DNA from: Comamonadaceae bacterium | Lineage (GTDB): Bacteria > Pseudomonadota > Gammaproteobacteria > Burkholderiales > Burkholderiaceae_C | Assembly (NCBI GenBank): GCA_031414805.1 | Contig: JANOQJ010000088.1 | Coordinates: 12,882 to 76,881 of the forward strand | Length of the DNA: 64,000 nt | Direction of reading: 5' to 3' | Shown: one piece after another, positions 45,386 to 54,429 of the stretch | Layout: every line of letters starts with the position of its first letter | Position numbering within the stretch: the stretch's first letter is position 1 | Program-made: the position numbers and the translations under genes | Notes under the pieces: model-generated | Told to the model about the DNA's origin: nothing | The model's input: only the letters and a program-made list of their open reading frames with translations | The model's database searches: none

Positions 45386-46125
45386 GGGGTCGCCCGGCTT
45401 TGCGCATCCCGCTCGGGCCAGCGGCCTTCCAGCCACACGCACAGCAACACCGCCACGGCAATGGCCACCACGATGTTCAGTTTCAGGGGCAATGCGTAGG
45501 CCGCCACCGCCGCCGCACCCGAAGCCGCCACCGCTACCACCCGCAGGCGCGTGGTGGCCAGCGAGCTCATCACGCCGAGCAGGCAGAGCACGCCAGCGAA
45601 ACCCAGGCCCCAGCGGGTGGGTATGAAATTGGCCAGCGCAATGCCCACGCCGCTGGCGAGCACCCAGCTGGCCCAGGTGCCAAAGCAGTGACCCGCGAGG
45701 AACGATTCTTGCGCCAGATGCTGCGCAGGCGTTTGCCCGGGCGTGGGAAAGCGCTGGGTGAACTGCACATACGTCATGTCAGTCGTGAGAAAGCCGTGGG
45801 TGAGGCGCTGGCGCAGCGGCAGGTGCATCAGGTAGTCGCGCAGGTGCAGGCTGAACACGGCAAACCGCAGGTTCACGCAGAACGCCGCACCCAAAATCAC
45901 CCACAGAGGCGCTGCGGCCACGATGAGCGGGATGGCGGCGAGCTGGGCGCTGCCAGCATAGACCAGCAGCGTCATGGCGACCGACTCGAACACACTCAAA
46001 CCCGACTTGACCATGGCCACGCCGGTCATGAGACCCCAGGCGGCAATGCCAGCTGCTTGCGGCAGCATGGTTTGCAAGCCGGTTTTGAATTCAGGGTGGG
46101 TGTAGTGCTTGCGCAGGAAAAACAT
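45382..46125 (-). CDS. azlC: AzlC-family branched-chain amino acid permease
   Basis: Polytopic membrane protein; the pairing with azlD supports the call. ATG 46125 (MFFLRK). Confidence 0.78.
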   Translation of the reverse strand: MFFLRKHYTHPEFKTGLQTMLPQAAGIAAWGLMTGVAMVKSGLSVFESVAMTLLVYAGSAQLAAIPLIVAAAPLWVILGAAFCVNLRFAVFSLHLRDYLMHLPLRQRLTHGFLTTDMTYVQFTQRFPTPGQTPAQHLAQESFLAGHCFGTWASWVLASGVGIALANFIPTRWGLGFAGVLCLLGVMSSLATTRLRVVAVAASGAAAVAAYALPLKLNIVVAIAVAVLLCVWLEGRWPERDAQSRATP

Positions 46126-46132
46126 GGTTTGG

Positions 46133-47125
46133 TCAGGACGGGTTGGGCGCAGGCGGGCCGCCAAACACCATACCGGGCTTCAATTCAAAGCCACGCAAAA
46201 AGTCAGCGACCGCCAGGCGCTTGCCGCCAGCGCGCTGCAGCTCGGTGATGCGCAGGGTACCGCTGCCGTCATGACCACAGACCACCCCAATGGCTTCGTC
46301 ATTTACATAAGAAATAGTGCCACAGACCTTGTCAATACTGCTCAAGCAGCTATCAATTTCGCAGTGCCAAAGCTTGATGACTTCGCCATTCAAGGTGGTA
46401 AACGCACCCGGAAACGGGTTGAAGGCGCGCACCTGGCGGGTCAGGCTGGCGGCATCTTGCTGCCAGTCCAGCGCGGCTTCGGCTTTTTCAATTTTGTGGG
46501 CGTAGCTGATGCCGGTTTCGGGTTGTTTGACCGGTTTCAGTGCGCCTTGACTTGCCAATTGCAGCGCTTGCACCATCAGCCGCCCACCCATCTGCGCCAG
46601 CGCATCGTGCAGGCTGCCGGTGGTGTCGGTGTCGGCAATGGGCAAGGCTTGCGTCAGCAGCATGTCGCCGGTGTCCAGGCCCGCGTCCATCTGCATGATG
46701 GTGATGCCCGTTTGCGTGTCGCCTGACTGCACGGCGCGGTGAATCGGTGCCGCGCCGCGCCAACGGGGCAGCAGGGAGGCATGAATATTGAAAGCGCCCA
46801 GACGTGGCGCGTCCAGCACCCATTGCGGCAGGATCAAGCCATAGGCGGCGACGACCATGGCGTCGGCCTGTGCCGCCAGGATAGCTTCGCGCGCAGCCTG
46901 CGCGTCGTCAGGAAACTTGCCGTCCAGACGAAGGCTGCGGGGCTGGGCCACCGGGATCTGGTGCGACTGGGCAAACTGCTTGACGGCAGACGCGTGTAGT
47001 TTCAATCCCCGTCCTGCGGGGCGATCCGGCTGGGTGAGCACCAGCGCAATCGAAAACCCGCTGGTATGCAGCTGCTGCAGGGCAATGCTTGCGAACTCGG
47101 GCGTGCCCGCGAAGATGATGCGCAC
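46133..47125 (-). CDS. fmt: methionyl-tRNA formyltransferase
   Basis: [26 protein letters not shown] motifs. Located downstream of def. Repeat copy 46324..46367 is in frame in the C-terminal domain. Confidence 0.93.
   Translation of the reverse strand: MRIIFAGTPEFASIALQQLHTSGFSIALVLTQPDRPAGRGLKLHASAVKQFAQSHQIPVAQPRSLRLDGKFPDDAQAAREAILAAQADAMVVAAYGLILPQWVLDAPRLGAFNIHASLLPRWRGAAPIHRAVQSGDTQTGITIMQMDAGLDTGDMLLTQALPIADTDTTGSLHDALAQMGGRLMVQALQLASQGALKPVKQPETGISYAHKIEKAEAALDWQQDAASLTRQVRAFNPFPGAFTTLNGEVIKLWHCEIDSCLSSIDKVCGTISYVNDEAIGVVCGHDGSGTLRITELQRAGGKRLAVADFLRGFELKPGMVFGGPPAPNPS
46324..46367 (-). repeat. repeat core inside fmt (reverse orientation)
   Basis: agaccttgtcaatactgctcaagcagctatcaatttcgcagtgc. 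Confidence 0.8.
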
Positions 47126-47128
47126 GAC

Positions 47129-47635
47129 TTATTCCCGATCGGGCGCGTTGACAAACTCCATGCCCGGGTGGGCGCGTTGCACGCGGTTGGCGCTGTCCAG
47201 GTAGACCCAGAAAAACATGTCACTGCCATCGCTCCAGCGGTAGGTCAGGATGTCGCCCGGCCAACTCGATACCCGGTCCAGCATGGCGGGCGGGCCAAAT
47301 TCGCGCTCCACATCGGCACGGCTCCATTTGCCTATTTCAATGCGTGAAAACTCGGTGAGGGTGAGTACCTGGCGCGCGGAAACAACGCGTCCAGCACTGT
47401 CGATGTCCACCATCACCGCCTCCTGGCCACGCGGCTGTAGTGAGTACTGCAGACGCTCACCTGGCTGGCCGTTCACCACGAGGGGCACCCGCCGGGTGGG
47501 TGTGCCCAGTTGGTCAATGGCGGCTTGGCGTGTGGTGCCCGGTGCGACGCTAAAGCCGCGGAAAGGGTTGTTCATGGGGTTGCCAGCGCAACCGACCAGC
47601 AGCAGTACAAACATGAACGCCAGGGACTTAATCAC
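47129..47635 (-). CDS. lipoprotein, unknown function
   Basis: Lipobox LLLVGC. 168 aa. 8-nt overlap with the def stop. Confidence 0.6.
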   Translation of the reverse strand: MIKSLAFMFVLLLVGCAGNPMNNPFRGFSVAPGTTRQAAIDQLGTPTRRVPLVVNGQPGERLQYSLQPRGQEAVMVDIDSAGRVVSARQVLTLTEFSRIEIGKWSRADVEREFGPPAMLDRVSSWPGDILTYRWSDGSDMFFWVYLDSANRVQRAHPGMEFVNAPDRE

Positions 47636-48140
47636 GCTCAGCCTCCCGTCTTGCCTTGACCATCTTGGTTTTGATGCGGTTGCGCTTCAAGGGCGACAGG
47701 TATTCCACAAATACTTTGCCCAGCAAATGGTCCATTTCATGCTGCATGCACACCGCTAGCAGATCCTGCGCCTCAATCGTGCGCTGCTGACCGTGTTCGT
47801 CCAACGCGCGCACGTGAACCGCCAGCGCACGCTGCACGCCGTCGTAAATACCGGGCACTGACAAACAACCTTCTTCGTTCAGCTTGGTTTCCGGGCTCGC
47901 CCAGATAATTTCGGGATTAACCAGCACCAGAGGCTGGTCGTGGTCTTGCGACACGTCCATCACGATCAACCGTTCATGCACATCCACCTGGGTAGCTGCC
48001 AGGCCAATGCCTTGTGCGCCGTACATGGTTTCAAACATATCGGCAATCAGCTGTTTGACGCGCGCGTCAACCGCCTGAACCGGGCGGGCCACCGTGTGCA
48101 GGCGGGGATCGGGATAACAAAGGATGGAAAGTTGGGCCAT
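47628..48140 (-). CDS. def: peptide deformylase
   Basis: [14 protein letters not shown] and HEMDHL motifs. Confidence 0.95.
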   Translation of the reverse strand: MAQLSILCYPDPRLHTVARPVQAVDARVKQLIADMFETMYGAQGIGLAATQVDVHERLIVMDVSQDHDQPLVLVNPEIIWASPETKLNEEGCLSVPGIYDGVQRALAVHVRALDEHGQQRTIEAQDLLAVCMQHEMDHLLGKVFVEYLSPLKRNRIKTKMVKARREAERD

Positions 48141-48368
48141 ATCAAGCTAATAAGTTGTCTCTATTTTCGCTAATATTCAGCGCACAGACGATGCGAACCG
48201 GCAATAAACGTTGATCAATCAAGGGCTTGAGCGCAGAATCGTGCGTAATTTCTTAAGACTTTTGGGTATCAAATCAGAGTCTTATTAACCTGAGCTATGT
48301 AACTTGTCTAACCTGTCTCGTGAGGTGATTCGTTGAGCAACACCAACCCCATCTCTCAAAAGGACGCT

Positions 48369-49601
48369 ATGCATTCAGCCACGCCAAACCCTAAATACCC
48401 ATCCTCGTTTCGCGCGGGCTGCACTGTAGCCGCATTGGCAAGCCTTGTGTTTGCTGTGAGCCCGTCAGGGGCGCAAAACCTGCCGATCTCGCCCTCCCAG
48501 CGGGCCACGGCCCAGCAAGTGGCACAAGCCGGTGTGCCGATTTCCGAGTTGGCGCCCAACGCGCCCGACAGCTACACCGTCAAACCGCGCGACACGCTGT
48601 GGGGCATTTCCCGACTTTTCCTGAAAAGCCCGTGGCGCTGGCCCGAGTTGTGGGGCATGAACCTGCAGGAAATCCGCAACCCGCACCGCATTTACCCCGG
48701 CCAGCAGTTGGTGCTGGACAAATTGAATGGCCGTGCCACCCTGCGCATGGGCACCGCCCGCACCGACGGCCCGCCGACGGACACCATTAAAGTTTCGCCG
48801 CGCACACGCATTCAGTCGCTGGCAGATTCCTCATTACCCACTCTGCAAAACAACCTGATCGAGCCCTACCTGAACGAGGCGCTGATTGTTGACGAATTGA
48901 CCTTGCAGCAAGCGCCACGCATCGTGGCGGCGCAAGACGAACGGGTTTTGCTCACACGCGGTGACCGGGCTTACGTGCGCAGCAGCACCGGTGTGCCGCT
49001 CACAGACGAAGTGGGCAAGCCGTTGGATTTCCGGGTGTTTCGCAATGCCACGCCGCTGAAGGATCCCGTCACCAATGTGGTGCTGGGTTATGAAGCGCAA
49101 TACTCTGGCAAGGCTTCGCTGATACGTGGCGAAAGCATTCAAGACGTACAAGGCGCTGACGGAAAAATACAGCCGACGCCGGTGCCCGCCACGATTGACA
49201 TCGTGGGTGCCAAGCAGGAAATGCGGATTGGAGACCGCTTGTTGCCGGAACCCGCACGCCAGCTGGTCAGCTACGTGCCGCGCGCACCGGACACCAAAAT
49301 TTCCGGCAGCATCGTGTCGGTGTATGGCGACGCCGTGACCAATGCTGCGCAAAGCCAGGTGGTGGTGATCAACCGTGGTGCGGCCGACGGCCTGGAAAGC
49401 GGTCATGTGCTGGTCATCCTGAAAGACGGGCAACGCATGGTGGACAAAACCGAGCAGGGCAAACTGACCGATATCAAGCTGCCGAACGAACGCAATGGCT
49501 TGATGATGGTGTTTCGGACGTTCGACAAACTGTCTTACGCCTTGATTCTGGAAATCACCGACGGCGTCAAAGTCGGCGATCGCATCGCCAGCCCGCGCTG
49601 A
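48369..49601 (+). CDS. LysM peptidoglycan-binding domain protein
   Basis: Signal peptide and LysM segment YTVKPRDTLWGISRLFL...IYPGQQLVL. ATG 48369 inside ORF 48333..49601. Located divergent from def-fmt. Confidence 0.8.
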   Translation: MHSATPNPKYPSSFRAGCTVAALASLVFAVSPSGAQNLPISPSQRATAQQVAQAGVPISELAPNAPDSYTVKPRDTLWGISRLFLKSPWRWPELWGMNLQEIRNPHRIYPGQQLVLDKLNGRATLRMGTARTDGPPTDTIKVSPRTRIQSLADSSLPTLQNNLIEPYLNEALIVDELTLQQAPRIVAAQDERVLLTRGDRAYVRSSTGVPLTDEVGKPLDFRVFRNATPLKDPVTNVVLGYEAQYSGKASLIRGESIQDVQGADGKIQPTPVPATIDIVGAKQEMRIGDRLLPEPARQLVSYVPRAPDTKISGSIVSVYGDAVTNAAQSQVVVINRGAADGLESGHVLVILKDGQRMVDKTEQGKLTDIKLPNERNGLMMVFRTFDKLSYALILEITDGVKVGDRIASPR

Positions 49602-49633
49602 ACGAAGTTTTACCTCTGACATCACAGCTGCCG

Positions 49634-50830
49634 GTGACCGCTTCGGTGTGGGACTCGGATGAACTGGCCGCCTGGTTGCGGCTGTTGCTGACACCGGGCA
49701 TCGGCAACACCAGTGCGCGCAGCCTGCTCAAGGCATTCGGCCCGCCGCAAGCTATTTTTGACCAGCCTGTCAGTGCTTTGCGCCAATGCGTCAGCGCGGC
49801 GCAGGCAGCTGCACTACACACCCCACCGCCCAGCCTGCCCGCGTTACTGCTGTCCACAACGCAGTGGCTAGCAGACTCGCAAGCGGAAGGCGCCAGCCCG
49901 CCACCTATTCGCCGCTTGCTCACGCTGGCCGACGCGAACTACCCCTCGGCACTGCTGGAAATGGACGACCCGCCATTGCTGTTGTACACGCTAGGAGCGG
50001 GCACCTTTGTCACCACGCTGCCAATGCGGGCCATCGCCGTGGTGGGTAGTCGCAACCCCACACCGCAGGGACTGGTGAATGCCCAGGCGTTTGGGAAAAG
50101 CCTTGCGCAAGCGGGCCTGACCGTGATTTCCGGTCTGGCACTCGGCATCGACGGGGCGGCACACGAAGGTGCGCTGCAGGGCGCGGCAGACGGCCAGTTG
50201 TCCACCGTTGCCGTGGTGGGCACCGGGCTGGACCGCGTCTACCCCAAACAGCACCTGGCGCTGGCGCGGCGCATTGCGCAGCAAGGTTTGCTGATCAGCG
50301 AGTATCCCTTGGGCACACCCCCCTTGCCTGCCAATTTCCCCAAGCGCAACCGCATCATTGCGGCGCTGAGTTCGGGCACGCTGGTGGTCGAAGCAGCGCT
50401 CAAATCAGGCTCATTGATCACGGCGCGTCAGGCACTGGAGCAAGGCAAAGAGGTGTTTGCGATTCCGGGCTCCATCCACACCACACAGGCGCGCGGTTGC
50501 CATTGGTTGATACGCCAGGGAGCCAAACTGGTGGAGTCGGCGCAGGACGTACTGGAAGAGCTTCGAATCCCCGCTCCGGCCTTAGACACTCCTGATTTAA
50601 TAGCTGCTCAAGCAATATTCACAAGGGCTGCAGCGTCAAATGAGTCTAAACCAGGACGATCGAACAGTCTGTTAAGCGATTTGGGTTATGACCCCATCAC
50701 CCTGGACGCCTTGATGAACCGCACGGGTCAGGACGCTGCGACGCTGCAAGCGCACCTGTTGGAGTTGGAACTGGAAGGCTTGGTGGCGCGCATGCCCGGC
50801 GGCCAGTTTCAGCGCATTGCGAGCGCCTGA
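49634..50830 (+). CDS. dprA: DNA-processing protein DprA (Smf)
   Basis: VVGSRNPT, SGLALGIDGAAH, NRIIAALS and GSLITA motifs, plus a C-terminal winged-helix segment. Repeat copy 50588..50636 is in frame in the interdomain linker. Confidence 0.9.
   Translation: MTASVWDSDELAAWLRLLLTPGIGNTSARSLLKAFGPPQAIFDQPVSALRQCVSAAQAAALHTPPPSLPALLLSTTQWLADSQAEGASPPPIRRLLTLADANYPSALLEMDDPPLLLYTLGAGTFVTTLPMRAIAVVGSRNPTPQGLVNAQAFGKSLAQAGLTVISGLALGIDGAAHEGALQGAADGQLSTVAVVGTGLDRVYPKQHLALARRIAQQGLLISEYPLGTPPLPANFPKRNRIIAALSSGTLVVEAALKSGSLITARQALEQGKEVFAIPGSIHTTQARGCHWLIRQGAKLVESAQDVLEELRIPAPALDTPDLIAAQAIFTRAAASNESKPGRSNSLLSDLGYDPITLDALMNRTGQDAATLQAHLLELELEGLVARMPGGQFQRIASA
50588..50636 (+). repeat. repeat copy inside dprA, central loop inverted
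   Basis: actcctgatttaatagctgctcaagcaatattcacaagggctgcagc. It shares the actcctga left arm with copy 9014. Confidence 0.8.
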
Positions 50831-50836
50831 AATAAA

Positions 50837-50969
50837 GCCCCCGCGCTTGCCACTTCGTGTGCTGCGCTGCCCCCCGAGGGGGAGCGTTTCGCCTTGGGGC
50901 GGCCCAGCGGCGAAACAAGTGCCCCCGCGCTTGCCACTTCGTGTGCTGCGCTGCCCCCCCGAGGGGGAG
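50837..50969 (+). repeat. tandem pair of a 48/49-nt GC-rich unit separated by a 36-nt hairpin spacer
   Basis: gcccccgcgcttgccacttcgtgtgctgcgctgccccc(c)gagggggag occurs at 50837..50884 and 50921..50969. The spacer contains the stem GTTTCGCC...GGCGAAAC. Located between the convergent dprA and DUF1631 genes. Confidence 0.85.
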
Positions 50970-50988
50970 GCGGCGAAACCGAGCTCAA

Positions 50989-53451
50989 TTAACCCAACAG
51001 ACGTTCCGGGTTGGCTTCCAGCTTGGCCATCGCATCACGCGTCGCGCGTACCGTGAGTAACTCTTCCTCGGCGGGAAGCAACAGTCCGGCTTGCAGATAG
51101 GCGGCCAGGCGGCGCGCTTGAATCAGGTAGCTGCGGCCATCGCTGGAGGCAAACAGGTGCAGCTGCTTGCGATCGCTGCGCCACGCGTATTGAACCTGGA
51201 TAACCTTTGCGCTGTGGTCCAGCGTGAACCAGTTGCCTTGCTGCAACTCGCCGGCCCAGGCCATCATGGCCGCGCTCGGGTTAGAGCCGCCATCTGCCAC
51301 GACTTCAATCATGGAAGCATCAATACCCAAAATCAGCTCAATGCTGTCTTGATCCAGTGGCAAATCACCGGCTGGGTCGTCGCTGATGAAATCTTCCAGA
51401 TTGGCCAGGCGATTGGCCATGGCGTCAATCTGGGCGCGTGGCACGGCTTCGGTTTTGGACTGGAAGGCGTCTGCCAGCACCTCACCAATCGTCTTGATGT
51501 GTGCCTCTTGGGCGGGGGCTTGCACGCCCAGCAAGCTCATGCCCTGACGCAACCGCTGCAATAAATTGGGCAAGTCTTGAATCACCCGCGTACGGTCGTC
51601 GCGGTTGGGTTTGGCGCTCGCCGCCCACAGCAAATCGGTTGCCGACTTCTTGAGCATCAAGGTGTCGGCATGCTGTGCGCCATTTTTCACAGCGGCTATC
51701 GCCAGCACTTCAGCCCAGACTTTGAATAGAAACTCCCGCAACTCGTCGCGCACCGGCATGTCGTTGAGCATTTTGCGCATTTCGATGGTGTATTGAATCG
51801 CCATCGTTTCCTTTTGCTCAACCTGCTGCGCTACGCTGACCAATCGCTGCGTATTGCCTTTTTCAGTCAGGAATTTGGCAAGGAATTTTTGGAACTCGTC
51901 ATACACCAATTGATAAACACGTCGCCCCGTTTCCGGGTATTGCTCGATGACCTGCACAACCCGCTTGATTTCAACTTCAAGCGCGCTGCCATTGATCGCG
52001 CTAGCGTCAAAGCCCATCACACACGAGCCCATACGGTCAATCAGTTGGCGCGCTGGGTGCTGCAAGGTGCCAAAAAACTCGGGTTCAGCCAGGGCGACCC
52101 GCAGCACGGGCATCTGCAGCCTGGCAAACCACACGCGCATGGCTGGCGGAATACGCTCTTCTGCCAGGATGGCCTGAAACATCAAGGCCACGATTTCGAT
52201 GGTGGCCTTCTCACTGGCGGTGGATGCCTTCTTCTTCAGCTCGGCGCTGCGCTGGCGCACCGCCACCACCGCATGCTCGACATCCCCCGTGTCATACCCT
52301 ATCTGCGCGCCACCTTGCATGCTGATCGCTGTAGTCGAACCACCGCTGTGCTGGTGTTGCGTGGCTTGATGTTGCGTGACCTGGTGTTGGGTCAAAGCAG
52401 CAGCGAGCGCCGGGGAGGGGCGGGTGGGCGCCGTCAGTCCGTCAAATCCTGCCACTCGGTCCGTCAGCATGCGCCGCAGCTGCCCCAAAATTCCCTGGGC
52501 GCGTTGGCGAGCACGCCCCAGCGGCGTCCCCGCTGTCAGCATGCGGGTTTCCTCCTCGTGGTACGCAGCCGCACGTGCGCTGGCGCGGCCCGCGCCAGCT
52601 TGCATTTGCGGGGCGGTCTGCCCGGGGCGACCCGGTGGACTGCGTCCTAACCCACTCTGGGGCATGTACTCGGGGATGGGCATGGTTCCACGCCCACTAG
52701 AACCATAGCCACTGCTGTTCGGTTGCCCTTGGGCAGGTGACTGATTGGCACTTTCGGGCTTGGTTTGCGCCCCGCTCGCACCGCCCGCAGTGTTTGCACC
52801 GGGCGTGCGTTTGACCATATTGCGCAAATCGACCTCGGGCATCACGCCGGCCTTGATCAGGATCTGATTGACCTGCTGATAGCCCTCCAGCGTACGCTTG
52901 ACCACCTGCTGTTGAATAACGTCCTTAGCCAGTTCCCACGCTAATGGCGGCAGTTGGCTGGCAGTCCACTGGTCCACCAGCACCTGCGCCACCACTTCGG
53001 GGCGAAGCACGTCGGTGATGGCCCACTCCTGACCACCCTCCAGCTCCTGCATGCGCAGCTTGAGGTCGTTGAGCTCCCAGCTCGATTTATCCTGGATCAC
53101 CTGGGCCAGACGCGAGGCCAGGATCTTTTTCTCCACAATGTCGTCGCCGATCAACGAGAGGCTGGACATGGACAGCTGCGTGCGGGCGCTGGCCGACGGC
53201 GAAACCAGCGCTCGCCGCAAAGCGGCCGGCGTGGCCCGAACCCATGCGCCGCGTTGCTTTTCATAGGCCATCAGCGCATCGCGCCGCTCGTGCATATCTC
53301 TGGTGCTGGTGCCCTGATCCATGGCCTCGGCGAGCCGGGTACGTGTCGCGTCCGAGAGCGGCACCATCATGCCTTCCAGGTAGGCAACGAAATGCTCACG
53401 GACCCGCGCTGCGAGTAACGCGCCTGCTGAACGTGGTGACTCCGTGGACAT
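50989..53451 (-). CDS. DUF1631-like large cytoplasmic protein
   Basis: 820 aa. The segment RVWFARLQMPVLRVALAEPEFFGTLQHPARQLIDRM resembles DUF1631 family proteins. The assignment is from memory only. Confidence 0.6.
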   Translation of the reverse strand: MSTESPRSAGALLAARVREHFVAYLEGMMVPLSDATRTRLAEAMDQGTSTRDMHERRDALMAYEKQRGAWVRATPAALRRALVSPSASARTQLSMSSLSLIGDDIVEKKILASRLAQVIQDKSSWELNDLKLRMQELEGGQEWAITDVLRPEVVAQVLVDQWTASQLPPLAWELAKDVIQQQVVKRTLEGYQQVNQILIKAGVMPEVDLRNMVKRTPGANTAGGASGAQTKPESANQSPAQGQPNSSGYGSSGRGTMPIPEYMPQSGLGRSPPGRPGQTAPQMQAGAGRASARAAAYHEEETRMLTAGTPLGRARQRAQGILGQLRRMLTDRVAGFDGLTAPTRPSPALAAALTQHQVTQHQATQHQHSGGSTTAISMQGGAQIGYDTGDVEHAVVAVRQRSAELKKKASTASEKATIEIVALMFQAILAEERIPPAMRVWFARLQMPVLRVALAEPEFFGTLQHPARQLIDRMGSCVMGFDASAINGSALEVEIKRVVQVIEQYPETGRRVYQLVYDEFQKFLAKFLTEKGNTQRLVSVAQQVEQKETMAIQYTIEMRKMLNDMPVRDELREFLFKVWAEVLAIAAVKNGAQHADTLMLKKSATDLLWAASAKPNRDDRTRVIQDLPNLLQRLRQGMSLLGVQAPAQEAHIKTIGEVLADAFQSKTEAVPRAQIDAMANRLANLEDFISDDPAGDLPLDQDSIELILGIDASMIEVVADGGSNPSAAMMAWAGELQQGNWFTLDHSAKVIQVQYAWRSDRKQLHLFASSDGRSYLIQARRLAAYLQAGLLLPAEEELLTVRATRDAMAKLEANPERLLG

Positions 53452-53459
53452 GCGTGCGA

Positions 53460-54419
53460 TTACACCGTAGCACCCGCGTTCGGGTCATTGGGGTCTTCAT
53501 CTTTTCGCGTGGGACCGGCAGATTTAACCAGGTCTTCACGCTTGATACCCAGCCACATGGCAATCGCAGCCGCCACAAAAACAGAGGAGTAGATGCCGAA
53601 CAAGATACCAATGGTCAACGCCAGCGCGAAATAGTGCAACGTGGGACCGCCGAATACCAACATCGATAACACCATGATTTGCGTCGATCCGTGGGTGATG
53701 ATGGTGCGGCTGATCGTGGAAGTGATGGCGTTGTCGATGATTTCTTCGGTATTCATCTTGCGGTAACGGCGAAAATTTTCACGGATTCGATCAAAAATCA
53801 CCACGGATTCGTTGACGGAGTAGCCCAGTACTGCGAGCACCGCAGCCAGAACTGCTAGAGAAAACTCCCACTGGAAGAACGCAAAAAACCCAAGAATGAT
53901 GATCACATCGTGCAGGTTGGCGATGATGGCCGCCACTGAAAACTTCCACTCGAAGCGGAAGGCCAGATAAATCATGATGCCGACGATCACGAAAGCTAGC
54001 GCCTTCAGACCATCGACCGCCAACTCGTCGCCGACGGATGGGCCTACAAACTCGCTGCGTCGTAGAGTGACATCCGGACTTCCCGCCTTTAGCGCAGTCA
54101 TGACTGCTTCGCTTTGCTGCGCGGAGGTCACGCCCTTTTGTACAGGTAAACGAATCAGCACATCGCGGGCGGTGCCAAAAGTCTGCACTTGCACATCTGT
54201 AAAGCCCAAGCCAGCCACCGTGCCACGCACCTTTTCTAGCTCTGCCGACTGGGTGTAGTTGACCTCCATCAGCGTTCCGCCAGTGAATTCCACTGACAAA
54301 TGCAGACCGCGGGAAAACAAAAAGAACACAGCGGCTGCAAACGTCAGGAACGACACCACGTTGAACCACAGGGCATGCCGCATAAACGGAATGTCGCGTT
54401 TGATTTTGAAAAATTCCAT
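53460..54419 (-). CDS. secF: protein translocase subunit SecF
   Basis: MEFFKIKRDIPFM start and polytopic SecF topology. Follows secD. Confidence 0.92.
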   Translation of the reverse strand: MEFFKIKRDIPFMRHALWFNVVSFLTFAAAVFFLFSRGLHLSVEFTGGTLMEVNYTQSAELEKVRGTVAGLGFTDVQVQTFGTARDVLIRLPVQKGVTSAQQSEAVMTALKAGSPDVTLRRSEFVGPSVGDELAVDGLKALAFVIVGIMIYLAFRFEWKFSVAAIIANLHDVIIILGFFAFFQWEFSLAVLAAVLAVLGYSVNESVVIFDRIRENFRRYRKMNTEEIIDNAITSTISRTIITHGSTQIMVLSMLVFGGPTLHYFALALTIGILFGIYSSVFVAAAIAMWLGIKREDLVKSAGPTRKDEDPNDPNAGATV

Positions 54420-54429
54420 TTTTTTCCTG

